Of a stretch of DNA of 64,000 bases, positions 13,262-26,199 are shown one piece after another. A model generated the notes under the pieces. The model saw nothing but the letters and a program-made list of their open reading frames with translations. It was not told the DNA's origin and ran no database searches. Position 1 is the stretch's first letter; the number at the start of each line of letters is the position of its first letter. The stretch comes from Felis catus (Eukaryota), in contig NC_058368.1 in NCBI RefSeq assembly GCF_018350175.1, positions 211,794,001 to 211,858,000 of the forward strand, written 5' to 3'. Both the position numbers and the translations under genes were made by a program.

Positions 13262-14175
13262 GTAAATCTCCTTGCGCACATCTCTGTGTGACTTTCAAAC
13301 TGCCCTGAGTACTCAGAAGGCCTGAGTACTTCTTAAGACAAGCCCTCAACCAATGGCCAATGGCCAGTATGCCTCTGGCTTTACTCAACGCCTCCTATCC
13401 CTCCCCGCCCCTGCCCCCCTCAGGCAGCCTGTGTTGTTCAAAGAGCATTTTGAAATCATTCTTAGGAAGGCATTTAAGGTTGAAATTCAACAACCTTCAT
13501 GGACCAAATCCATGGGCAGCCCTGAGTATCAACTAATCTCCCATTTTCCAAATCAGAAGATGTGTTAAATAAAAAAGGTTTTTTGGCAATTCAAATATAC
13601 AAATGTTTAGATGTATAAATAGAATGGTCAAATGTCTACTTACAATATCTTATTTATTAATTTTGTTACATTTATCAATTCAAATCACATATATGGATAC
13701 TAATATGTAAGTATTCTCTATCAACTCAAGACCTTGTGGCACAGTTTTTATTTAAATTTTTCAATCTTCTTTATCAGTAGAGACATTTTATTTTTAAGTG
13801 ATCCACCCTAGATTAGATTAGACTTGATGATATTCATTTCAGTTTAAAGTGTTTGAATCTATTTATGAGGCTATAATTGGATATTTTATCCTAAGCTTAA
13901 GTGCTCATTTGTCTGTTTATTTCTCTTTTAAGTGATGTTCAAAATTCTAGTTGCCAATAACATCTAAAATTTGCAAATGTAAGATTATGTCACCAAGAAA
14001 ATGACTAAATCTTGGGTATTTATTTATTTTCTGGCTGATATTTTTTAAATCGATTTTTCCAAGGGATTCCTATCAACATTGAAAACAGTTTTTACTAAAG
14101 TTGTTTTTGGCTGATATGAAATATGACTGTGGTTAAAATAAAATACAGGTCTTCCTCAACTTATGATGGGGTTAC

Positions 14176-14692
14176 TACGAGAAGTAAGGGAGATGATTCA
14201 TTTTCAGAAATACCAAATAAAAACTATGCTGTCTAATTAACAGCAGATTTACAACCTATTGGAAATATGTACGACCCTCCCCCACCCCCAACAATGGAGT
14301 TCCAAACCCTTAGACACTTCACTTCCCCTCTCCTTTTCACCGGTTTATTTTCATGGGCTTTGCCATAAGCTCTAAAGAATAAAGGGAGGAGGGACTGAAA
14401 GTTCCTGCATCACCTCAGGGAATATAGTTTGTTCCAATCAGACTACTCCTTGCCCTACATGGGCATAGGTGACGTCCAGGGGAGGGTGTAACCTCTGTAG
14501 TGCTCAGCCAATGAGGAACCAGGGAAGGGACTTGCACGCTAGGAGATAAATTGCCTGCTGTAACTGCCCCAAGGGTGCCTGCCTATCTATCAGACACCTG
14601 CTCTTGCAAGAACATTGAATAAAGCTTCGCTTCACTGTGCTCTGAGTCTCCACATCCCTCCTTTGATTGAGTCAACGGGCTTATTTCTAACA
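14176..14692 (+). mobile_element. Solo ERV LTR (517 bp)
   Basis: Ends CTTATTTCTAACA with a degenerate inverted start TACGAGAAGTAAG; flanked by gttac/gttat; two CCAAT boxes, GATAAA, AATAAA about 14618. Confidence 0.75.
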
Positions 14693-14750
14693 GTTATGTC
14701 AGATAAACCCATTTTAAGTTGAAACATGGTAAGTCAAAAGTGCATTTAAT

Positions 14751-14870
14751 CGGTGCCTGGGTGACTCAGTCAGTTAAGGGTCTGACTCTTGATCTCAGCT
14801 CAGGTCTTGATCTCAGGTCTTGATCTCAGGGTTGTGAATTCAAGTCCCATGTTGGACTCTGCTTTTAAAA
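14751..14870 (+). mobile_element. Short CanSINE inside MER47
   Basis: SINE head with an internal 13-bp duplication caggtcttgatct. Confidence 0.8.
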
Positions 14871-15227
14871 AATGCACTTAATATCCCTAACCTACCAAAA
14901 ATCATAGCTTAGCTTAGCGTACCTTAAACATGCTTAGAACACTTCCATTAGCCTATAGTTGGGCAAAATCATGTAACACAAAGCCTATTTTGTAATAAAG
15001 TGTTGACTATCTCATGTAATTTATTGGATACTCTACTACAAGTAAAAAAAAAAAAAACAGAACAGTGTGTGGGTACAGAATGGCTGTAAGTGTATCATCG
15101 GTTGTTGATCCCCTGTCCAGCATCACAAGAGAGGATCTGCCACGTGTTCATAGCTCAGGGAAAAAATCTAAAATCAAAATCTGAAGTACGGTTTCCACTG
15201 AATGTGTATTGCTAGTGCACCATCCAC

Positions 15228-15440
15228 AGGGTGCCCGGGTGGCTCAGTCAGTTAAGGCTCTGACTTTGGCTCAGGTCATGATCTTGAGGTTTGTGAGTTC
15301 GAGACCCACGTGGGGCTCTGTGCTGATAGCTCAGAGCCTGGAGTCTGCTTCGGATTCTGTGTCTCCCTCTCTCTCTCTGTCCCTTTCCTGCTCGCACTCT
15401 GTCTCTCTCTCTAACATAAATAAACATTTTAAAAAAAAGA
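15228..15440 (+). mobile_element. CanSINE
   Basis: Body and A-tail. Confidence 0.9.
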
Positions 15441-15976
15441 TGAAAAATTGTGCAGTGGACCCATCAAAGGTAGGGGCCTGTGTGTCATTGAGAGAACATA
15501 CTATAGCATGAGAGACTTTTAAAGAACCAGAATATAGAGACTTTAATCTGAAAGATCAATTGGGGGGAAAACTTTGCCTTTTGTTTGGGCATATCTGGTA
15601 GTTGTTTGACCACAGATAAATTCCATCAACTTTCTGGGCCTCGTGTTTTTTAAGTTGTAACCCAAGAGGTCTTTTGTGTTTCTCTAACTGCTTTGGGGGT
15701 TTTGTCACTTGTAAATGAATGCTGTTTATTGATTTTAGCAACCTGGGATCAATGTGCTGGCAGAAATTTACAAAGAAGCCACATGCCATTTGGCCAGGTA
15801 AAGGGTGTCCAATAAGATGGATGATTAACATTCCTAAAGATAGAAATTCTAACTCCAAACCCGTGATGGTTACACAATGGCCAGGGAGCCCTGACGTAGC
15901 CAGTTTGATGGAGCCTATCTTAGGCAATTATAAAACTACTCCATCAGCTATTTCACCCTAAAACTACAATGTATCA

Positions 15977-16195
15977 TGGTGCCTGGGTGGCTCATTTGGT
16001 TAAGCATCCAACTTTGGCTCAGGCCGTGATCTCACAGCTTGTGGATTTGAGCCCCGCGTCGGGCTCTGCGTTGACAGCTCAGAGCCTGGAGTCTGCTTCA
16101 GATTCTGTGTCTCCCTCTCTCTCTCTCCCCTTCCCCCACTCACCCTCTGTCTCTGTGTGTGTCAAAAATAAGTAATCATTAAAAAAAATAAATAA
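15977..16195 (+). mobile_element. CanSINE
   Basis: Body and A-tail. Confidence 0.9.
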
Positions 16196-16615
16196 ATAAC
16201 TGTAATGTACTAATTGGGAGAAATACCTTCACATGTTTTACAGGAGGACTTATAGAGGAGGGTCGATTGGCCTCAGGCAGCATGGAAAGAAGGGTGACTT
16301 CCAGGCCCCTTCATTCTTATTTCCAAATCCCTCCTCTGGTGTCACCCCTACCTTCCCCTTCCTCTGTGTCCAGGGCCCTCATGCTGTCTTTTCCGACTGT
16401 TCAGATCCTTTCCGTGTTCATTCTCCCAGGCCTGCTTTCAGAGCAGACCCCTGAGTCTTTCAGAACTTCAAATTATTCACTCTCTCTCTTCTCTCACCCC
16501 CTCCCTTAAACCTCTCATTTTATGAAGACAGGTGGTCCCAGCAAGTTAAAGAATGTGTTGATCTAACTCACACTCAGTTAAAATGACTCCTTTGGATGGG
16601 GGATTGGCAATAGGT

Positions 16616-16805
16616 TTTGTTGTTGTTGTTGTTGTTGTTGTTGTTTTTAATGTCTATTTATTTTTGAGAGCGAGAGGCAGACAGAGGATCCAAAGTGGGC
16701 TCTGCACCGACAGCAGAGAGCCCGATGTGGGGTTTGAACTCACAAACCACAAGACATCATGACTTGAGCCAAAGTTGGTTGCTTAACTGAGCCACCCAGG
16801 CACCA
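16616..16805 (-). mobile_element. CanSINE with (TTG)n tail
   Basis: Body and tail-derived microsatellite. Confidence 0.85.
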
Positions 16806-16823
16806 CTGGCATTGATTTTCAAA

Positions 16824-17624
16824 TGTGACTGGCCAGTACTGGTGCAATTCCTGGGTGGGGGGTTTTCTTACATCACCAAATATTTGTCCTACATCAACGG
16901 GGTGTCCTACAGTGCAACTCAGTTCTGACACTACCTGCTTGGAGACAGCACCAAAGTTAAAAGCTCAGCCCAGCAAGACTCACCGCCCCCGCCCCCGCCC
17001 CCGCCCCCCGCCCCCACTTCAGATGCTACTCGCAAATTCAGGTTGTCATCTCTGCTTCTGACAGTCTGGCTATGGAGGAGAGGTTCCAACAACCCCTTCC
17101 TTAGGATCAGTTCATTTGCTAGCATGAACTCAGAGAAACATTCTACTTACTCAGTCACTGCTTTTTATAATTCAGGAACAGCCAGATGAAAGAGATGCTT
17201 CGGGCCAGGTTTGGGGAGTTTCTGTGTCCTCTCAGAGACCGAGGGCCACTCTCCTGCCCCTTCACGTGTTCGCCAACGTGGAAGCTCTCTGAACCCCTTC
17301 CTTTTAAGTTTTATGGAGTCTTCATTGCACTGGCATGTTTGATTAAATCGCAGGCCCCTAGTGATTGAACTCAACCTCCAGCCCCTCTGCCCTTCCTGGA
17401 TGAGAGGAGGGGCCCAAAGTTTCTAATCACGTGGGGGGCTTCACTGGCAAACAGCCCCCATCTTTAGGTTGCCTAGGGGCTTTGCCAAAGTCACCTCATT
17501 AACATCACAAAAGACCACCTGATTTCTCTTAACACTTAAAATATTCGGATGGTTTCAGGAACTCTATGCCAGAAGCCAGGACAAAGAAAAAAAATGTGTA
17601 TTTATTATAAATCATAATATCACA
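16824..17624 (-). mobile_element. MER21-like LTR
   Basis: TG...CA ends; ggtgtcctacagtgcaactcagttctgacactacctgcttggag...cccacttcagatgc resembles the recalled MER21 consensus. Confidence 0.6.
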
Positions 17625-18011
17625 GGTATTTTGGGGAAAAAAATAACATAGGTGAGCAGAATTAAAAGGTTATCTGGAAGCAGGCCTTCTCAGATCCTTT
17701 AACATGCTCATGTGCATTTAATAACTATAAGTAGATTTCATCCAAATTTTCCCGGTATTAGGATTTTAATATTTCAAAAAGCCTTTAGAAGTTCAATACT
17801 CCTTGAAACACATGGTGAGAACTGTTGATATACAATATCATTTTAATGGCTGCATAGCATAAAAATGTTAGAAATGACTGTGATTTATTTAATTCTTTCT
17901 CTGTTTATTTCCAATCTAGCTAGTACAAAGAGTGTTGAGATAAACTTATGTTTGTAAAAACCTCATTCCTTTAAGGTAAACTTCCTATTAACTGCCCAAC
18001 TCTTTCCTTAG

Positions 18012-18141
18012 ATTGCATTCATGGCTTCTCTGGCAACTCACTTCAGCAATCAGAACAGCGGGATTATCTTCAGCAGCGTTGAGACCAACATTGGAAACTT
18101 CTTTGACGTCATGACTGGTAGATTCGGGGCCCCAGTATCAG
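18012..18141 (+). CDS. C1QTNF3: C1QTNF3 coding exon 4 (C1q globular domain)
   Basis: ccttag|ATT; IAFMASLATHFSNQNSGIIFSSVETNIGNFFDVMTGRFGAPVSG; CAG|gtgaga; 130 nt. Confidence 0.97.
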
Positions 18142-18589
18142 GTGAGATGTAAAAATAAATGAATGACTGAGTTAATCAATCTAGCAATCTGGATGGAAGG
18201 AAAGAAGGAAGGAAGGGAGGGAGGAGGGAAAGAAAAGGGTGAAGGGAGAGGAAACAAAGAAAGGAAGACACTTAGAGAGTTGAGAATTCTTTGATTCTGG
18301 TGAAAACAATCCGCCCATATATGGATTTCTGTTGGATTTCACAGTAAATGAATTAGAATTCAAAAAGACGAGGATGCTTTACAAAAAAACGATAACCATG
18401 GTTACTAAGGTTTTTTAACTCTTATTTGAACTGAAGCAAATAATCCCTAAGAGGGCATTTAAAAGTCCTAAGATCATAATTCTCACAGTTTAATGTGCCA
18501 TAACAGTATCCTCCCATGCCACTGTCCTGAAGAGGGCCTGATCCTTTAAATAATTTTTATTTAAATTTTTAAAATTTCTTGAGCACTTC

Positions 18590-19036
18590 TGTATTTGTTT
18601 CCTATTGCTGCTCTAATGAATTACCATAAACTGAGTGGCTTAAAATGACACAAAATTATTCACTTGTAACTCTGGAGGCCCGAAGTCCACAATCGGTCTG
18701 ACTGGGCTGATGTTAAGATGGAGGCAATGCTTCTTCCTTTGCTAGCTGGCCTCTTCCAAGCCTGAGAGGCTGTCAGCGTGCCCTCTCTGTGAGCCACATG
18801 GCTTCCTTCTCCCTTCTACTGTCAACATCCCCTCCTCCCAGATGCTGACCTCCTGGGCTCTCAAGGACAGCGTGATTACCTTGGGCCCACCTGGGTAATT
18901 GGATAGTCTCCCCATCTCAGGATCCTGAATTTAATCACACCTGCAAAGTCCATGTTGCCATATAAGGTACCATTCACAGCTCCTGGGGACTTTAGGACAA
19001 GGGCCTATTCGGAAGCCAACATTCAGCCCCTATAAC
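18590..19036 (-). mobile_element. MLT1 (MaLR) LTR
   Basis: tgtatttgtttcctattgctgctctaatgaattaccataaactgagtggcttaaa... Confidence 0.7.
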
Positions 19037-19534
19037 TTCCTTACTTTTGGGCACCACAAGCTGATCATTCTGGGCTTTTCCTGCTGTCCTTTCAATACAT
19101 GGATGTAAGCCTTCTTTTTGCCCTGAAAAGTTCCTTTGAATTATATTTTTAAATATAGATATAAATACTATTTTTTCTTATCGTTGCACTCAAGTAGGGT
19201 AGCATCAGGAACAGTCTGACTTGTGTTAGGAATCAGGCAATACGTGGGCATAGTGCCTATGGGATATTTTTAAAGCATAATAAGACCGATTAAAAGGTAA
19301 CTCCATTTTTATTGTCATCATAGTCCAGCAATTCTAAACAATGTCTATGATAAAATACTCCTCCCCTTTGGGGTTGACCACTCACCAGCAGCCTCCCAAC
19401 CCCGTCCCCCTGCATCTTAGTAGACCTACCACTGGTTAACTTCGTCAGGACTCTAATTATAGTCTGTTGGTTTTATTTTTAACTTTTCTTAGTCTGTCTT
19501 CTGTATCTTTTATTTTCTCTAACCTCTTGATGCT

Positions 19535-19781
19535 CTTTTTTTTTAATTTTTTTTTTATTAAAAAAAAAATTTTTTTTTTTAACGTTTATTTATTTTTGAG
19601 ACAGAGACAGAGCATGAACGGGGGAGGGTCAGAGAGAGAGGGAGACACAGAATCAGAAGCAGGCTCCAGGCTCTGGGCCATCATCAGCCCAGAGTCCGAC
19701 GCGGGGCTCAAACTCACGGACCGTGAGATTGTGACCTGGCTGAAGTCGGACCCTTAACCGACTGAGCCACCCAGGCGCCCC
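19535..19781 (-). mobile_element. Young CanSINE
   Basis: CpG-rich body, TSD aacctcttgatgctcttt. Confidence 0.9.
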
Positions 19782-19837
19782 AACCTCTTGATGCTCTTTA
19801 GTTCCATTTCATGTTGTTTGCTTTTCTCTCACTATTC

Positions 19838-20017
19838 TTTTTTTTTTAATGTTTATTTATTTTTGAGAGACAGAGAGAGAGAGAATGGGAATCCCAAGCA
19901 GACTCTGCACTGTCAGCATAGAGTCCAGTTTGGTGCTCAAACTCATTAACTGTGAGACTGACCTGAGCCAAAACCAAGAGTCTAAAACTTAACTAACTGG
20001 GCCACCCAGACACTCCT
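19838..20017 (-). mobile_element. CanSINE
   Basis: Body and T-tail. Confidence 0.8.
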
Positions 20018-22167
20018 CTATCACTAGTCAGCATGTCCTTAATTACATAATCTGAGGATGGATTTTCCTTTTTGCTTCTTCCAATTTCTTCTGTCCTGTT
20101 TCCGTGATACTTTCTTTACATTTTCTGTTTCACATTAACCCTTAGTCCCATTTTGTAGTTCCTTCTCTTGTCTGGATATTTCTGCCATGAGTTCTTACAT
20201 TCTGTTCATATTCTTTCATAGAGGGATTTGCTTCATTAACATATTTTAAACTCATGTTGGAGTATTTAGTTACATTTCCCATCCACTACATGGCAACATT
20301 TCTTCTTGGTGAGTATTTTTCCACTCTTGGTAGCTTTTGTTCTTCTTTTCTACTTTCTAAAATTAGCTGATGGTTGGATGAGTTGGATTTTCCTAGACCA
20401 GTACATGCAGTAGTTTCTCAGGAAGGGGGAGGGACCCCAGCATACTTCCAGGCTTGGTAACTCAATGGTCCCCTCTCCTGGCACCAAGGGATTCACTCTG
20501 TTCTTTTCAGGATGGAACTTCTGTGTGTTTTCTCTGTGTGGCCACATTTCCTCTTCCTCCCCTGACAGCCCTGGGTCTTCAAAGACTTCTGAAACCAGCC
20601 TTGCACTTCTGGTCCTCTTGCCTTTAGGAGCCTTATTTTTGCTGGTGGATTCTGAAATCTGCCACTTCAGGACCACTTCCTGCACGTTTTGTACTTTATC
20701 TAGCAACCCCACGCCTACCCCCCACCAAACATAACTCCGGCTTCATCTCGGCCCTGCTCATAAGAGCTTCTTTTCAGCACTTGTACTTCAGAGTGACCCT
20801 TCTCCATCAGGGAAGGTACTTTTTCTGGAACTGAGGTCTGCTGCTGCTTGGCCCTCCTCAGAACTCCCTGCCAAGCCCCCATGTTGCCTCCATGTGACTC
20901 TGCCTGTTGTCTGTTGCATTCGACAGACTTACAAGTATCTAAGTTTATGGATTTTTTTTCAGCCTCCTAGTTTTACGGAAGATGGATTCTTTCTGGTGTT
21001 TGTTTTCAGTTCTCCTTATTTCTCTATATGGTATCCAGAAAAGAAAAGAAGAAAATTCTGATAAATGCAATGGCCGTGTTAAATTTGATGCAAGTGTTTT
21101 AATGCCTTTCTTTTTCTACCCAGTTAAACTCAGAAACAGACATAAAAACGATAGAAGCAATCTTCCATCACACTTCAATCAGTTTTAAACTTTCTTATAT
21201 GATTTTCTGCTCTGAAGGTTTATAAATTTCCTATAACTATTTTGTTAAACACTCTCTGTGCTGCAATTCCCATAATCACCTAGATATGCTCAAAGGTTCC
21301 ACTGCTCTCAAGGGCTCTATAATTGAAGCTAAAAGATTTAGTAGTTTTTTCAGAACTCTCTGGGGCTGGGCACAATTCTAATGGTAACAACCATCATTGG
21401 TCTTTCACTTTAAAACCCATCCAATAGATTACAAAATGACCATTTTATACTTTTCAGCTTTGGGAGGGACCAGACAGAGAAGGCTGATTTTTGCAATTAC
21501 AGTAATGCAAAGACCTAAAAACTGTACTGTAAGTGTATTGCCTCACATCTTCAGTATCTTCCCCTGCAGAAGGAAGCCATATGTGGATATAATATGTATT
21601 CACTTTTATATTTCCACCTCTAGGCATTTCATTTATTCCCCATCTAATTTCTTAGTCTGCTCTTTCTAAAATGCTTCTGCAATCTATTTTGTATAGTAGT
21701 CATTATTTTTTCAGGAAAACTAATATTGTTTCCTGTCATTTTGATTCCAGCTTTATCTTCTTGAGGCATTAGAAATTGTCACAGGTGTGCGTGTGTGTGT
21801 ATCTAATAAGAAGTTTTGTAAAATATAAAAACCTAAACACACATAAACTACTTTGTTTGAGTCCCCTACTTCTAATCTGACTTTCCTTTTCATCTGTGAA
21901 CCAATCTCTAGGCATGTGAATGGATAGGACTGAGTTTTACACCAGTTCCTTTATTTTGAGTATATTGAATATGTGAGCCTGGTGCTAAATGAAGCATAAT
22001 CACACTTTTTCACTTGGTTCAACTTGAGTCAAAAGCAGGTGGTTCAACATGGTGTCCTTACAGCTTCTATCTTACTTAATTGCACCTTTGATAAGGAACA
22101 TAGAACTGTGTAGTACTATTTTTTTTTTTAAAAAGATGTTTCTGGGGTTTTCCCTTACAAGGCTTGC

Positions 22168-22558
22168 TGCTATGGTCTGATTGTGCCCCTCCAAAATTCA
22201 TTCACATTGAAAACCTTGGGCATTGAAGGTTGGCATTCAACTTGGGCATTGAAAACCTATTGCACAACTTATTGGTGTTAGGAGGTAGGGTCTCTGGGAG
22301 GTGATTACCTCACAATGGTAGAATTGTCATGAATGGGATGAGTGCCCTTATGAAAGAGGCCCCACAGAGTCCCCTAACCCCTTCTGCCATGTGAGAATGC
22401 AATCAGGAGTCTGTAGCCTGGAAGAAGACCCTCACCTGACCATGCTGGCACCCTGGTCCCTGACTTGCAGCCTCTAGAACTGTGAGAAATAAATTGCTGT
22501 TGTTGTAAGCTCCTTAGTCCGTGACACTTTGTTATAGCAGCTCACATGGGCCAAGACA
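22168..22558 (+). mobile_element. MLT1 (MaLR) LTR
   Basis: tgctatggtctga...gaactgtgagaaataaatt...ttgttatagcagc...aagaca. Confidence 0.8.
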
Positions 22559-23430
22559 AGGTCATCAGTTTAAAAATGTAGCATGGAAATCCATAAGAGC
22601 CTGATGACGTGTACTCATCATCTTTCCAAACACACTCTCAAATCCCACATCATTTGGAGTTAGGAAGATTTTCCTTTTTGCTCACCTCTCTGCTTTTGGA
22701 TTCTCTTAAATCTTTCAGTGAAGGTATTTTCTACGCTGGCATGTAGGGTGTATCAGGCCATATTAAGTTCCTTTCTGTTAGGTGGCCTAGAATCTTACAA
22801 GAAAACTCACATCTCTTCAAATATGTTCGTCCTTTACAAATGAGAAGGATCCATATTTTTAGTAGCAAGGTCATGCTGCTGAGTAATGAATAACATGATA
22901 AGTTACAAAAACTATTTCTTCAGAACTATTAGTATTATCTGTGCTATAATACTTATCTTTGGCTAACATCTCTGTGATGGGTCTACTCATCCATTGTAAT
23001 GCTACACTTGGCTCATTTTGTTAGGCTACAGAGGTCATGCGTTCATCCATTCAGGGCTATATGCCTTGTCTATATGAGTCCTGTGGCAGGTGCTAATGAT
23101 AGTTGATCTATACCTGGGAATAGCATATACTTCACTGTAAGCACGCTATTGGGAAGAGGAGGGAGTGAGATACAGCCCAAATTACTCCATCTTTTAAAGA
23201 CTTTGTAGTCTTATTAAGGACACACAGTGCACACACTGGGAAGGTCTCAAAAAGTTTAAAGTACCGTGAAGATGAGAACAGACAAAGGAACACTCATACA
23301 AATAAAGGCCAAGAAGAACCTACATGACATATAGAATATAAACAAAAAATGTGAAGTCATGTGGCATATGTCTCGGTCCTCAATGTACAAGACATTAATA
23401 TAAATGTGGATAAATACCTGCCTTTTTCAG

Positions 23431-23530
23431 GTGTGTATTTCTTCACCTTCAGCATGATGAAGCACGAGGATGTTGAAGAAGTATATGTGTACCTCATGCA
23501 CAATGGCAATACAGTCTTCAGCATGTACAG
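23431..23530 (+). CDS. C1QTNF3: C1QTNF3 coding exon 5
   Basis: tttttcag|GT; VYFFTFSMMKHEDVEEVYVYLMHNGNTVFSMYS; CAG|gtgggt; 100 nt. Confidence 0.97.
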
Positions 23531-23987
23531 GTGGGTGGTCATCTCTATCACAGTCTCATCCATGCCACCACTGCTTGCTCAAAGGCTGGCAAGTGCCAGG
23601 GAGTCAACAGGGAATCAACAGAGCCTGACATGAGCCTTGTCACTACTGAGAGCTCCTATATACCAATATATGGCCCAATTATAATTACTATTTGGGAAGA
23701 AATAAATCTTATAAACCTGAGAATAAGCAGGTTGATAAGAGGCCTTGAGCTAATTACTAACAGTATTCCCCATAACTAATCATTTGTATTCTTTTCTTAA
23801 CTCATAATTTCTTTTCTTCTTTCTCAGCCCTTTCCTCTGTTTTCCCATCCTCCCACCCCTTTTGCCAGAGTTTAGCCCTATTGATGGTCTTCTCCACCAT
23901 CTTCCTTAGCTGGCAGAGTAGGCCCCTCTCTTTTGGCTGTGCTGCCACTCTGATATTTATCCTAGAGTTCCTTGTAAAAAAATTACT

Positions 23988-24420
23988 TTTTTTTAAAAAA
24001 GTTTATTTATTTATTTTGAGAAAGAGATTGTGTGTGCACACAGGTGGGTAGGGGTCAAGAGAAAGAGGGAGGGAGAGAATCTCAAACAGGCTCCACACTG
24101 TCAGTGTGGAGCCTGTTGTGTGGCTCAATTTCAGGAACTGTGAAATCATGACCTGAGCTGAAATCAAGAGTCCAATACCTAACCGACTGAACCACCCAGG
24201 CATCCCTAAAAAAAGTACTATTTTTAACATTTATTCATTTTTGAGAGACAGAGTGCCAATAGGAGAGGAGCAGAGAGAGCGGGAGGCACAGAATCTGAAG
24301 CAGGCTCCAGGCTCTGAGCTGTCAGCACAGAGCCCAATACAGGGCTCAAACCCATGAACCGGGAGATCGTGACCTGAGCCAAAGTCAGTTGCTTGACCAA
24401 CTGAGCCACCCGGGCGTCCC
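23988..24420 (-). mobile_element. Two tandem CanSINEs
   Basis: Bodies at about 23988-24206 and 24220-24420. Confidence 0.88.
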
Positions 24421-25254
24421 TAAAAAAATTACTTTTAAAAAGAAATATTACAACTTGTTCTGATATAAGCTTAGTGTGGGAGAAAGAGGCAGAGAACCAA
24501 CATCTTTCCCATAACTAAGTGGGTGGTGAGTTATCTATCAAAAACACTGTGGTTACTATCTAACCTCTGTCATTTTTGAAAACTTGGGAGGAATGCCATT
24601 TCTTCAGGAGCCTGGCCTCTGGTGCAAAGATATCTTTGAAAAACCAAAAGAGAGAAAGATGAGTAGGTGAAATTACTGCAAAATAGAGACCCAGAATATG
24701 GTAGCTCACACAATGTAGAGCTCTGTGTGGCTTGACCAGATCTAGGATGGGGAAGGACAAGGCAGACAAGGTACAGGAGGGATTTTGTGGTGGTTGGGAG
24801 GGAGGTGCTCCATCTGGGTTTTCAGGGACACAGAGTGGTGAGAGCAGTTCGCCTGTAAAACTGACTTTCAAATTCTCGTTGGTCATGGTCATTGCCACAG
24901 TCAGAAGGAGAAAAGAGCAACAGGCTTGTGAAAATTTTTACGCATCGTATATTCTATTCAGAGAACAGAGACACATACTTCCCCATCCCTAACTCCCCCC
25001 AACCAATGCAAGGATGGCAAGGAAACATAGAACTCCTCCTCTGGAAGCAGGGAAATGGAGTCTGGTGAACAGCTAGGCTCCTCTGCCCCTCTGGCAGAGA
25101 ATTCAATAGAATTCTTCCTACATTTAGAATATATATCTTCCCACCTCCATCCCCAAGGAAGACAGCCTAAACTGTAGTTCATGCAACCAGCTCCAAGCCC
25201 TGAGTCTTAGGAATGAACAATTCTTTTCATCACATCAGTCTCTTGGCTATTGTT

Positions 25255-25490
25255 TTGTTTTTTTTTTTTAATGTTTATTTATTTTCAGAGAGACAGAGAG
25301 TGCAGGTGCATGGGCTCGAGAGCTTGTGCTCATGGGAGAATGGCAGAGAGAGTGGGAGAGAGAGAGAATCCCAAGCAGGCTCCACACTAGCAAGGAACCC
25401 CATGCAGGGCTTGATCTCTCACCCTGAGATCCTGACATAAGCCAAGATCAAGAGTTTGACACTTAAACAACCGAGCTCCTCAGACGTCCC
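25255..25490 (-). mobile_element. CanSINE
   Basis: Body and T-tail. Confidence 0.8.
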
Positions 25491-25894
25491 TTGGCTGTTT
25501 TCTCTTCGGTCCCTGATTCTGTCCTCTGGGAGGATCTTCCTTATTTATTTGTCTCCATGGCTACATCTAAAAGATGAATAGATTTTCCCTGGGGTCTTTC
25601 ACAGCCCAATTCCTGCTGGTGCAAATTTGAGGGCTAAGAGTATTTAGTCAAACACCCCAAGCCCTTTGTAAGCTAGGTTTGAGTAATATCATTTCCTCAG
25701 ACACTTAGCAGCCTTTTGTGCTATTTGCTGCCAGTCAGTTACATGTGTTGGTAAACAACACCCAACATTCTTTTCTTGACAGATAGTTTTTCCATCTGTT
25801 ATTTCCTTGACTCCTTATCTTAATGCCTTTCTGTCTTGACTAGTGGTGGCTACCACAAGGCCTTCTAAAACAATAGATTTGGGTAGAAAGGCAA

Positions 25895-26113
25895 TATTTT
25901 TTTTTTAATTTTTTGATGTTTATTTTTGAGGGAGAGAGAGACAGAGTGTGAGCAGGGGAAGGGCAAAGAGAGAAGGAGACACAGAATCCGAAGCAGGCTC
26001 CAGGCCCTGAGTTGCCAGCACAGGGCCTGATGTGGGGCTCGAACTCACAAACTGTGAGATGAAGACCCGAGCTGAAGTCAGAGGCTTAACCAACTGAGCC
26101 ACCCAGGCGCCCC
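25895..26113 (-). mobile_element. CanSINE
   Basis: Body; TSD gaaa(g/a)caatatttt. Confidence 0.9.
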
Positions 26114-26199
26114 GAAAGACAATATTTTTAATCCATCAGGTTATGTCACAGGCTGTGTCTATCATATTAAACGAGAGATCTTAATAGGACAACATCAAT

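Larger units (their letters stand above)
14146..15484. mobile_element. MER47/Tigger5-type DNA transposon, interrupted by an LTR and two SINEs
   Basis: ta-CAGGTCTTCCTCAACTTATGATGGGGTTA...GATAAACCCATTTTAAGTTGAAA...CATAGCTTAGCTTAGCGTACCTTAAACATGCTTAGAACAC resembles the recalled MER47A consensus. Confidence 0.7.
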
